From an uncultured Acidimicrobiia bacterium (GTDB lineage Bacteria > Acidobacteriota > Terriglobia > Versatilivoradales > Versatilivoraceae): a stretch of DNA of 64,000 nucleotides. Of this stretch, positions 19,466-27,997 are shown piece after piece (the stretch's first letter is position 1; each line of letters starts with the position of its first letter). A model generated the notes under the pieces. That model ran no database searches. It was not told where the DNA came from and saw only the letters and a program-made list of their open reading frames with translations. The DNA lies in assembly GCA_963786955.1 (NCBI GenBank), contig CAWBAT010000005.1, forward strand, positions 1,312,001 through 1,376,000, given 5' to 3'. A program made the position numbers and the translations under genes.

Positions 19466-20443
19466 TTATTCCTTCCTCCCGACCGAAAGAGGCCAAGGCA
19501 AATGCTGCGAATGTTCACGGATCTTGTGTACAACCCAATGAGCCAACTGCAAAGCTTCTCGACTGCTTTCCGGTGACACTTCTGGGCGACTTCTAGATCG
19601 AACAGACCTCAGGAAGGATTCGATTTCTGCCCGAAGTGGTTCTACTCTGTGGGTCTCCACTCGTCTCGGAGTGATGATGGGTACACGGTCGCCCTCCCCG
19701 GGTTGCACAGCGAGAACGACAACATCCTGACGGGAGTAATCCACCGAGATGTATTCATTGGGCTGGAAAAATCTCATTTTCCGCACTTTTTCTGTGCTGA
19801 CCCGGCTGGCCGTCAAATTGGCCACGCATCCGTTTTCAAATTCGATTCTGGCGTTGGCGATATCAATTTTGTTGCTCAAGATCGGGAGCCCGACAGCGCT
19901 CACCGTCTTGACCGGTGATTTCACGAAATCTAGAACGATATCGAGATCATGGATCATGAGATCCAAGACAACATCGATATCTAGACTGCGGGAAGTGAAG
20001 ATTCCCAGGCGATGAATTTCAAAAAACATCGGTTGATGAGCGATTCTTCGAGCAGCGCAAATGGCCGGGTTAAATCTTTCGAGATGCCCGACCTGCAAGA
20101 CCCGCTCATGCTTTGTGGCTGTGTCGATCATGATTTCCGCTTCAGCCACTGAAGACGCCATCGGTTTTTCGACCAGCACATCAATCCCACGGCTTAGCAA
20201 CTGGCAGCAAACAGCGGCGTGATCTGTTGTCGGAACAGCTAGACTGACTGCGTTTGCTTTGTCTAGGAGCGGGGAGAAATCAGGATAAGCATGGGTGTTA
20301 AATTCATTGGCAACGGACTCTGCTGTAGCAAGATTCTTATCCACGACTCCCAGCAGTTCCACCGATTCGTTTTCGGAATAAATCCGCACATGCTGTCGCC
20401 CGAGATATCCTACGCCAATAACGGCAACCTTTATCTTGTCCAT
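19466..20443 (-). CDS. Gfo/Idh/MocA oxidoreductase (GnnA-like)
   Basis: VIGVGYLG, VEKPM, GHLERFNPA, DLMIHDLD; directly after lpxA-lpxI. Confidence 0.85.
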   Translation of the reverse strand: MDKIKVAVIGVGYLGRQHVRIYSENESVELLGVVDKNLATAESVANEFNTHAYPDFSPLLDKANAVSLAVPTTDHAAVCCQLLSRGIDVLVEKPMASSVAEAEIMIDTATKHERVLQVGHLERFNPAICAARRIAHQPMFFEIHRLGIFTSRSLDIDVVLDLMIHDLDIVLDFVKSPVKTVSAVGLPILSNKIDIANARIEFENGCVANLTASRVSTEKVRKMRFFQPNEYISVDYSRQDVVVLAVQPGEGDRVPIITPRRVETHRVEPLRAEIESFLRSVRSRSRPEVSPESSREALQLAHWVVHKIREHSQHLPWPLSVGRKE

Positions 20444-20548
20444 AGGTTTTTGACTCGCGGCCGAAAATCAGTGCCAAAGCATGAGACCCCGTTGCTTAAC
20501 GATCAACACTAGCTACAATACCGAAACCAGGAATCAATGCCTTTGTGG

Positions 20549-21397
20549 CTATTCAAGTTTGTTCTCCACCTGCGTCTCCATTTCAGTCTCCGGTCTATAG
20601 GCAGATATGCTAATTCCATGCTCATTGGCGAAGTGGAGAAGTTTTTCCTGGTCGAGAACTAACGTCTTGTAGGCATCGATCGCAAGGGCTGAGGCATTCA
20701 CCGTGGCCATCAATTCAACAGTCGGTAAACCGATCACTGGCACGTCAAAACGCATATCTTGTTTGGGCTTGCTGACCTTGACCACCGTGATTCGTTGATT
20801 CCCAGTCACTTCGGCAGCGCGCCGGATCACGGCATCCGTTCCTTCCATTGCTTCCACAGCTACACAAGCTTGCTCTCGCACGACGACAGATTGGCCAATA
20901 TCTAATCGAGCAATTTCTCTGGCGATCCGCCGTCCATATTGAATATCCTTACTCTCTTCTTCATTGGGTGAGCGAAACGTCAGTACCCCCGGCTGAGGCA
21001 AAAGCGGCCCGAGAAAGGTCGTAGAGTCGATCAGGGTAATGCCTTCCTCTTCCAAAATCCTGGCAACCGCACCGATCAGCGCATCCGTATTTCTCGACTT
21101 CAGGCTTGCCAGGAGTTTCAACATCTTCAGATCAGGCAGGATGGTACTGAAGATCTGTGAGTGTTTCACCTGGCCTGCCATGATGGCTTGTGTAACCCCC
21201 TCTTGCTGGAAGATTTTAATGAGTTTTCCCAATTGTCCGAGGCTGATCCAATGGACCGTAGTTGCACAGGCTTCAATTTCCTTGAATGTCTCTTCCAAGA
21301 TGGCTACAACAACCATCTCTATTCCACGACTTCGGGCTGCTTCCAGGATTAGGAAAGGAAACTTTCCATTTCCAGCGATTAAACCATAACGAGTCAT
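20549..21397 (-). CDS. lpxI: UDP-2,3-diacylglucosamine diphosphatase LpxI
   Basis: GLIAGNGKFP, DIGQSVV, EAMEGTD, QDMRFDVPVIG. Confidence 0.9.
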   Translation of the reverse strand: MTRYGLIAGNGKFPFLILEAARSRGIEMVVVAILEETFKEIEACATTVHWISLGQLGKLIKIFQQEGVTQAIMAGQVKHSQIFSTILPDLKMLKLLASLKSRNTDALIGAVARILEEEGITLIDSTTFLGPLLPQPGVLTFRSPNEEESKDIQYGRRIAREIARLDIGQSVVVREQACVAVEAMEGTDAVIRRAAEVTGNQRITVVKVSKPKQDMRFDVPVIGLPTVELMATVNASALAIDAYKTLVLDQEKLLHFANEHGISISAYRPETEMETQVENKLE

Positions 21398-21492
21398 CGA
21401 TTTAATTTACCATTTTCGCAGCCAGGCGTTTGAGCGTCATAAAAGGCGTTTTTGTCAATCTGCCAACTACTGAAGAAAGGTCAGACGGTTAT

Positions 21493-22269
21493 TTACTTAA
21501 TGATGCCCCTCTCGCTTTGCTCGATAAAATCTACCAGCGGCTGAATGTCCAAGTGATTCGGAAATCTCTCTTTCAGGACGCTCAGAGCCTGAGAAGTATT
21601 TAATTTGGACTGCAAAATAATGCGAAACGCTGCCCGGAGGTCATGGAGAGATTTCTGTGAAAATCCTCTACGTTCCAGCCCAATGGTGTTTATCCCGTAA
21701 TTTCCTGTGTCCCTCGCGCTAACAGTCTTGGAGTAAGGAAGAACATCCTTGGTTATTACGGAATATCCTCCCACAAACCCATGGACCCCCACTCTACAAA
21801 ATTGATGGACACCAGAAAAGGCTCCGATTGTTGCGTAATCGGAAATGGTCACATGGCCAGCCAGCGTAGCCGCATTGGCCAAGATGACATGGTCGCCTAC
21901 AATACAGTCGTGAGCGATATGGGCATAGGCCATAACCAGAGTGTGATTGCCAATAACCGTGCGGCCTCCCCCGGCCGGAGTTCCGCGATGAACGGTGACG
22001 TACTCACGGAAGATATTGGAGTCGCCGACGATAAGCTCGGTCAATTCCCCTTTGTATTTTAGGTCTTGAGGAGGCAAGCCGATGGATCCAAAAGGAAAGA
22101 AATGACAACTCCTTCCAACTCGGGTCGGCCCTTGGATGACCACATGCGAGTCCAAAATACAACCATCCCCAAGAACTACCGAGTCGCCGATCACTGAATA
22201 TGGCCCGACGACGACGTCGGCTCCCAAAAGTGCCGAAGGACTGATAACGGCGGTTGGGTGAATCTGCAT
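21493..22269 (-). CDS. lpxA: Acyl-ACP--UDP-N-acetylglucosamine O-acyltransferase
   Basis: Hexapeptide repeats, PQDLKY, HIAHDC, LAGHV, VHQF. Confidence 0.95.
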   Translation of the reverse strand: MQIHPTAVISPSALLGADVVVGPYSVIGDSVVLGDGCILDSHVVIQGPTRVGRSCHFFPFGSIGLPPQDLKYKGELTELIVGDSNIFREYVTVHRGTPAGGGRTVIGNHTLVMAYAHIAHDCIVGDHVILANAATLAGHVTISDYATIGAFSGVHQFCRVGVHGFVGGYSVITKDVLPYSKTVSARDTGNYGINTIGLERRGFSQKSLHDLRAAFRIILQSKLNTSQALSVLKERFPNHLDIQPLVDFIEQSERGIIK

Positions 22270-22710
22270 TTACGCGCTCCGATCCACAATGGTAGAGAAG
22301 ATTTCTGCTTCGGCCACCAATTTCTCTTTCACGTATGCCTCCGCCTTCAATTTACCATGGCGGGGTCGCATTTTGATGACCTCTACCACGATCCGGATTT
22401 GGTCCCCGGGGACTACCGGTTGGCGAAATCTTGCCCTGTCAATTCCGCTAAAGTACACGAGCTTATTTTCCCGATCTGCAATTTCCTTTAGTACCATCAC
22501 CGCCGCGACTTGGGCCATGGCTTCCACAATGAGAACACCAGGCATGACTGGGGCTCCCGGGAAATGGCCCTGAAAGAAGGGTTCATTGATACTGACATTC
22601 TTAATCCCGACGATTTTACGCGCCGGATCTAGTTCCAGGATAGAATCTACCAGAAGAAACGGGTAGCGATGGGGGATAATTCGCTGTATTTCATTCACAT
22701 CCATTAGCAT
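22270..22710 (-). CDS. fabZ: 3-hydroxyacyl-ACP dehydratase
   Basis: IPHRYPFLLVD, FFQGHFP, PGVLIVEAMAQ. Confidence 0.96.
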   Translation of the reverse strand: MLMDVNEIQRIIPHRYPFLLVDSILELDPARKIVGIKNVSINEPFFQGHFPGAPVMPGVLIVEAMAQVAAVMVLKEIADRENKLVYFSGIDRARFRQPVVPGDQIRIVVEVIKMRPRHGKLKAEAYVKEKLVAEAEIFSTIVDRSA

Positions 22711-22728
22711 AAGGTCATCCTTAAAGTG

Positions 22729-22772
22729 AAAAGGGAAGGTTGGCTCCAGATCGAAAAAGCAACCTTCCCTTG
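22729..22772 (-). terminator. Terminator-like hairpin between skp and fabZ
   Basis: Minus strand AAGGGAAGGTTG..CAACCTTCCCTTTT. Confidence 0.55.
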
Positions 22773-22803
22773 TTGATCAAAGAATACAGGAATCCGGGCT
22801 ACT

Positions 22804-23478
22804 CTAATTCTTCTGGGGAGGTGTGACTGGGGCCTTCCCGGCAGTGCCTGGCATTTTATTGGGTTGGGCTGTGGTCGCGCTCTTCTGGCTCTGGGCAGCG
22901 GGCTGCTTTGGAGTCGCCGGGGCGGCGCCTTTTTGGGAGACCTGCAAGCCATCGTAGCGTTTAATGATACTATCAGTGACGTCAAGGGCCGGATCGACGT
23001 AAAAGAGTTGACCGGTTTGGCTGGAATAATCCAGGAGCAAAGTAAAGTTCTTCTCTTTGGCATATTGATGCACGATAGGTGTCATCTTGGTTCCGATCCG
23101 ACTGAAGATTTCATTTCGTAGATTCGTAAATTCTTTTTCAGCATCATCCTGAGAACGCTGGAAGGCCGTTGTCTTTTGGTCGATAGTTCGAGCTAGAGCA
23201 GCTCTTGCCTCCTCTGACATTGTGGTTCCCTGGGTAGTGAGCTGCTGTTGCAGATCCTGCAATTCTTTCTGCATTTTCGCCAATTCGTCCCGTTTTGCAT
23301 CATATTTCTTTTGAAAATCAGCATTGGCCTTCTGGCCTTCGGCACACTCGGCAATGGCCCGCAATACATTGATGATGGCTATCTTCTGGTCTACGGCTTG
23401 AGCGGGCAATGGCCTGGGCACGGCAAGAAGTGAAACCAGCAGGAAAGACGAAATTAATCTCATCATGTTGTTAGACAC
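22804..23478 (-). CDS. skp: OmpH/Skp periplasmic chaperone
   Basis: Signal peptide, KIAIIN, long coiled coil, DVTDSIIKRYD; lies in the bamA cluster. Confidence 0.85.
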   Translation of the reverse strand: MSNNMMRLISSFLLVSLLAVPRPLPAQAVDQKIAIINVLRAIAECAEGQKANADFQKKYDAKRDELAKMQKELQDLQQQLTTQGTTMSEEARAALARTIDQKTTAFQRSQDDAEKEFTNLRNEIFSRIGTKMTPIVHQYAKEKNFTLLLDYSSQTGQLFYVDPALDVTDSIIKRYDGLQVSQKGAAPATPKQPAAQSQKSATTAQPNKMPGTAGKAPVTPPQKN

Positions 23479-23484
23479 TCCTTT

Positions 23485-25161
23485 CTACTGAAGGCCGACG
23501 GCCTCCAGAAACCCTCCTGTATTACTTGTGCTTTCCACAAGAGAGACAACCACTAACTGCTGCAGATTTGGAGATGTAATCGCCAGTGGGCCAAACTTCC
23601 CAGTCAGGCCCATATCGGCCAGGATGTTGTTGCTCAGGTAAAAGCCGCCCACGGGCACAAAAATATCAGTCTTGGTAGCCAGCACTTCACCGGTAACAGG
23701 ATCATATGCCGTCAGAGAAGTGGCCCCAATCGCGTTCCCCAAGTTGAGGATGCACAATTTCGAGCTGAAACTACCCACGTTCGTTGCTGCATCCAATACA
23801 AGGCTCGTATAACCCGCTGAACGGCCTACTTGTATGGCGGGATCATTGGTTACATTATTGATTACCGAGATGAAACTTGAGAAAGGCTGATCAGAGGTTA
23901 CTCGCACAGATCCAATAGTATTGGTGGCTTGGGAAGATCCGAGAATATATCGGTTGACGTTGTTAACCTGCAGAAAACCGTGGGCAGCAACCTTGGCCGT
24001 ACTTTTTCCCAAAGACTTTCCATCTTTGTCAAATAGCTCAAGCTGGAAATTTCCTCCTACTGTACTGATGTTGGTTATCCCCACATTCGACCTGTAAGTA
24101 TTGTCGTCTATAGCCAAAGGCAAATAGTTAATAAACCCCAAACTATTAACGTATAGGATGTCATTCGTCGGGCTTACAACCAATGCGGTATTATTGGAAC
24201 CATTGACAGCCACGCCATTGGGAGTATCCCCCACATTCGTGTTAATGACAGTCGGAATGACCGTATTGTCAGCTAGATTGATCAAAGGCATTGAGCTGGT
24301 GTCACTGGATGTGACCGCGCCGACATTGGTATTCGGGTCGACGCTAACACCAGAAGGGGGTACCCCCAAGTTGATGGATGCCGTCACAGGGCTTCCCGTA
24401 ACCGGCAAAAGTTGTGTCAGGTCAATCACCGAAACACTTCTCGATCCTGAATTTACCACATAGGCCTTGTTCGTTGCTAAGTTCAGCGAAATATCTACCG
24501 GGTTGATTCCCACGGCGAAGGCTCGAATCAAGACCCGATTCGGAATGTTGATCACGGTGACATCATTGCTATTGTAGTTTACAACCAGGGCGACATTTTG
24601 GGCAGGATAGTAGGCCACACTTATCGGGCTGGTTCCTGCTCGAAGTTGGTCCGGCAAAATTGAGGTGTTCGTGTTCAAATCAATGATGGAGATTCCCCCG
24701 CCATTCAGGTTAGCCACAATTGCTAAATTGTCGGCTGTGTCGATGGCCACTGCCCGCGGACTATAGTGAAAGTTCGGGTCCGTCGTGCTTTTGGCGCCAA
24801 CCAATACCGTGGCCACGACGGACTGTGACCCCAGATCGATGATCGAAACCGTATCGTCTCCGAAATTCGTGACGACCGCGCGGTTGGTTACGGGATTAAT
24901 CGCGACACTCGTCGGTGCGAGTCCGACAGCTATGGTCGTCTTCACAGTACCTGTGCTTAGGTCGACAATCGATACCGAATTCGAATTTCGATTGGCGGTC
25001 ACCGCAATACTGGTTTCAGGAATCACGGCGACATCAAAGGGACCGCTGCCTGACGGCAATGGGATCTGTTGTGCCGGCAACTTGACCACACCCAACAATA
25101 TGAAAGCTGCCAAAAACCAAAACCTACGTTTCATCCATCCGTCCATTCGTAATGAGTCCAT
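23485..25161 (-). CDS. Secreted YVTN/YncE-type beta-propeller protein with a C-terminal domain shared with CDS 3386-5635
   Basis: Repeats AVTAN..SVSIVD / VVTN..TVSIID / AYVVN..SVSVID; C-terminal RSNVGITN..NDP..GGFLEA. Confidence 0.8.
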   Translation of the reverse strand: MDSLRMDGWMKRRFWFLAAFILLGVVKLPAQQIPLPSGSGPFDVAVIPETSIAVTANRNSNSVSIVDLSTGTVKTTIAVGLAPTSVAINPVTNRAVVTNFGDDTVSIIDLGSQSVVATVLVGAKSTTDPNFHYSPRAVAIDTADNLAIVANLNGGGISIIDLNTNTSILPDQLRAGTSPISVAYYPAQNVALVVNYNSNDVTVINIPNRVLIRAFAVGINPVDISLNLATNKAYVVNSGSRSVSVIDLTQLLPVTGSPVTASINLGVPPSGVSVDPNTNVGAVTSSDTSSMPLINLADNTVIPTVINTNVGDTPNGVAVNGSNNTALVVSPTNDILYVNSLGFINYLPLAIDDNTYRSNVGITNISTVGGNFQLELFDKDGKSLGKSTAKVAAHGFLQVNNVNRYILGSSQATNTIGSVRVTSDQPFSSFISVINNVTNDPAIQVGRSAGYTSLVLDAATNVGSFSSKLCILNLGNAIGATSLTAYDPVTGEVLATKTDIFVPVGGFYLSNNILADMGLTGKFGPLAITSPNLQQLVVVSLVESTSNTGGFLEAVGLQ

Positions 25162-25182
25162 GTCTCTGATTCCGCCTGTCCT

Positions 25183-27918
25183 TTAGAAAGTTCGCCCTAC
25201 AGTGAATTTAAACCCCCTGGTCTTCTGGGTGGGATCGTTTGAATAATAATTGTCGCGAAGCGGATAAGGCAGTCCGCCTTCAGGTCGAATAAAGAAACTA
25301 TTCAGGATGAGTGGGTCCCAAAAGTAAATCAAGCGAAAGGGTGCATTGACCACGGGAAGGATCACTTGGAATTCCAAACCCGTGCTGGCCCGCCACATGG
25401 TCGTGACCGGAATGATTGGAAGAGGCTCTCCCGCAGTGTAGGGAACGAAAGCGCCGTTTTCGAACTTATAGAAATTTCCAGCCGATTCAGGTGCCAGTTT
25501 CAGTGAGGATTGCCGCGCGACCCAGGATTTCCCAATATCTAAGAATGGGGCCATCGTGACAGGTCCCATAATGGGGATTCGGTATTCGATGTTAAATACG
25601 ACTTGGGAGTCTCCGCCCACTAGATAGGGGAACGTAGTGTAGAACGGCACACTTTGCACGGTGGCTCCACCGGTCTGTGGATCAATCACCGGATTTCCAT
25701 AGGGATCCTTGACAATACCGTTAACAAAGGTTTTGGTGGTCACTTGTGCTCGGGGACTGATCGTCCTGAAATCAAACCCGCGTATGCTGTCTTCCCCACC
25801 GGTATAGAAACGGCTATAGATGGGGGGTTGTAACCCGCCATAACCGGTGATGAATGAGTAAAGACCGCGGATGCCAAGAGTGTTTCTGCGCTTATTCATC
25901 GGTCTGAAATACTTTGCCTCTACAAAGGGCTCGATGAATCTAACGTCTCCCCCAATTCCCGCCATTCGCAGGAGGAAGGTGACATTCTTCCCGGATCTCG
26001 GCGAATAGGGGTTATCGACGGTGCTGTAGGTTAGGGTTGGAGAGATAATACTCTGCAAAACCCCTTGATAAGTCCCGATACCGGTAAATGTATCGGTGAA
26101 CTGAAAGGCGGTATAAAAAGCCTGATTTTGCGCCGAGGGGAAAACAGTATAAGTTCTTTCCATCGTATAACTCAGCCCGAAGCGTGTGAACGGTCTGACT
26201 GGTTTACTCCCAAAAAGGGTGAATCCCCTGCTGTTTTGGGAAAATAATTCATTCCCGATGGGTTGGTAACCATAATATCCCTGAAATTGGTCGCCTTCGC
26301 GGTAGCTGTATTTACGATAATAAACACTGAAGCCCGTTGTCAGCGGACGATTCCTAAAATAAGGCTCGGTAAAACTAAGTACGTAGGCCGAGTAGCGCGT
26401 TCCTCCCTGGAGCTGGACATCCAGGGTTTCACCGTACCCCATGAGATTATTTGTAGAGTAGTTGACCCCCAGGAAGCTGCCGCCAATGCCGCTGACACCG
26501 CCCGACAATCCTATCGAGTTCTTGCCTTTTTCCTTCACCTTCAGGGTCACATCGACATAGTACTTGCCATCGGATGGATCCGGTTTGGGTTCTGGCTTAA
26601 CCTCCGCATCTTCCTGTTTCAGGACATCAAAATAACCCAGTTGATTGAGGCGGAGCAGGCTGATATCAAATAATTGCGTATTGTAAATTTCGCCTTCAGT
26701 GAGGAGCATTTCTCTGCGAATCACTTTGTCGCGTGTTGTGGTGTTCCCGACAAATTCCAGGCGGCGAAGGTAGTATTGATTCCCTTCTTCGAAGTCAAAA
26801 ACAATGTTAACCGTATGATTCTCTTCATCATAATCCTGACGAGGAATGGGAGTCCAGTTGATATAACCCCTGGACCCGTAGATCTTCTTCAGATTCTCAA
26901 ACCCCTTCCGGATCAGTTCGCCATTGAATACTTCACCCTGCTGCATTCCAAACACACGGACCAATTGGTCTTTGGTGAAGAGATTATTTCCCGTGAAATT
27001 GATTTCACCGACGCGATACTGTTTCCCTTCTTCAAGGGGGATGTCAATGAAGACCCGTTTCCCTTTGGTAGACTTGAATGGAATCGGGAAGAAAGACATG
27101 CTGTTCACGTCTCTGACGTCTACTTTGGGGTCCTCAATGAGGAGTTTAATATACCCTTTTTCGTTGTACTTCGCCCTTACTCCCATCTCGAGTGAGGCTT
27201 CAAGCTTGTTTCGGTCGAAAGTAGATTTTCCGCTAAACATGGAGATTAAGCTCGTTTGTTTGATGTACTTCATGGATTTGCGGAGTTCTTTGGATGAATA
27301 GACCGTATTCCCGTGGAAATTAATTTTCTCAACCTTTACCTTGGGACCTTCGTTAATCAGAAAAGTGACGGCTTTGGAGTTTGGGGGGATATCAGTGGCT
27401 TCGTATTTGATCTCGGCATATTGCCGGCCTTTTTCGGCCAGCAGATCTGACAAAACGGTGATCGCACGGGAAATCTTATTCGGATCGAAAGGGGTTTCAA
27501 TTCCCAGGTTAACTTTCTTATCCTTGTATTTATCGAGAACTTCGGTATTGGTGGCCGACTTAAGCCCTTTGTAAGTAATGCTTCGAATGAGAGGTTTCTC
27601 TTTAACCCAGAAAATCACAATCTTGCCTGTTTTGCCTTGCTCCAAGGTGATCGACAAGTCATCAAAAAACCCCTGTGCCCAGACAGTCTTAAAATCCCGG
27701 CGAAGGATGGCGGGGTCAAATCGCCCGTTCTTCTGGGAAATGATGTGAAATCGGACAGTGTCCTGAGGGACACGGCGTGTCCCTCTAATCTCGATATTCT
27801 CAATCAATTCATCACCCTCAGCCAGAGAAGGCGAAGTGTAAAGAGAGTATGTGAAAATAGACAGGACAGAAATGACAAGGGTAAGAATACCCTTTCTCAG
27901 CATCAAAAGAGCCTCCAC
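25183..27918 (-). CDS. bamA: Outer membrane protein assembly factor BamA
   Basis: POTRA repeats, GNTTTRDKVIRRE, GGEDSIRGF, C-terminal FTVGRTF. Confidence 0.95.
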   Translation of the reverse strand: MEALLMLRKGILTLVISVLSIFTYSLYTSPSLAEGDELIENIEIRGTRRVPQDTVRFHIISQKNGRFDPAILRRDFKTVWAQGFFDDLSITLEQGKTGKIVIFWVKEKPLIRSITYKGLKSATNTEVLDKYKDKKVNLGIETPFDPNKISRAITVLSDLLAEKGRQYAEIKYEATDIPPNSKAVTFLINEGPKVKVEKINFHGNTVYSSKELRKSMKYIKQTSLISMFSGKSTFDRNKLEASLEMGVRAKYNEKGYIKLLIEDPKVDVRDVNSMSFFPIPFKSTKGKRVFIDIPLEEGKQYRVGEINFTGNNLFTKDQLVRVFGMQQGEVFNGELIRKGFENLKKIYGSRGYINWTPIPRQDYDEENHTVNIVFDFEEGNQYYLRRLEFVGNTTTRDKVIRREMLLTEGEIYNTQLFDISLLRLNQLGYFDVLKQEDAEVKPEPKPDPSDGKYYVDVTLKVKEKGKNSIGLSGGVSGIGGSFLGVNYSTNNLMGYGETLDVQLQGGTRYSAYVLSFTEPYFRNRPLTTGFSVYYRKYSYREGDQFQGYYGYQPIGNELFSQNSRGFTLFGSKPVRPFTRFGLSYTMERTYTVFPSAQNQAFYTAFQFTDTFTGIGTYQGVLQSIISPTLTYSTVDNPYSPRSGKNVTFLLRMAGIGGDVRFIEPFVEAKYFRPMNKRRNTLGIRGLYSFITGYGGLQPPIYSRFYTGGEDSIRGFDFRTISPRAQVTTKTFVNGIVKDPYGNPVIDPQTGGATVQSVPFYTTFPYLVGGDSQVVFNIEYRIPIMGPVTMAPFLDIGKSWVARQSSLKLAPESAGNFYKFENGAFVPYTAGEPLPIIPVTTMWRASTGLEFQVILPVVNAPFRLIYFWDPLILNSFFIRPEGGLPYPLRDNYYSNDPTQKTRGFKFTVGRTF

Positions 27919-27997
27919 AAATACATTTCACGATGGCGAGTAGGCACAAATCTCTCCGTAGTTTCTGGACTATCTCTTTGATGCAAGAAATGGGGAA

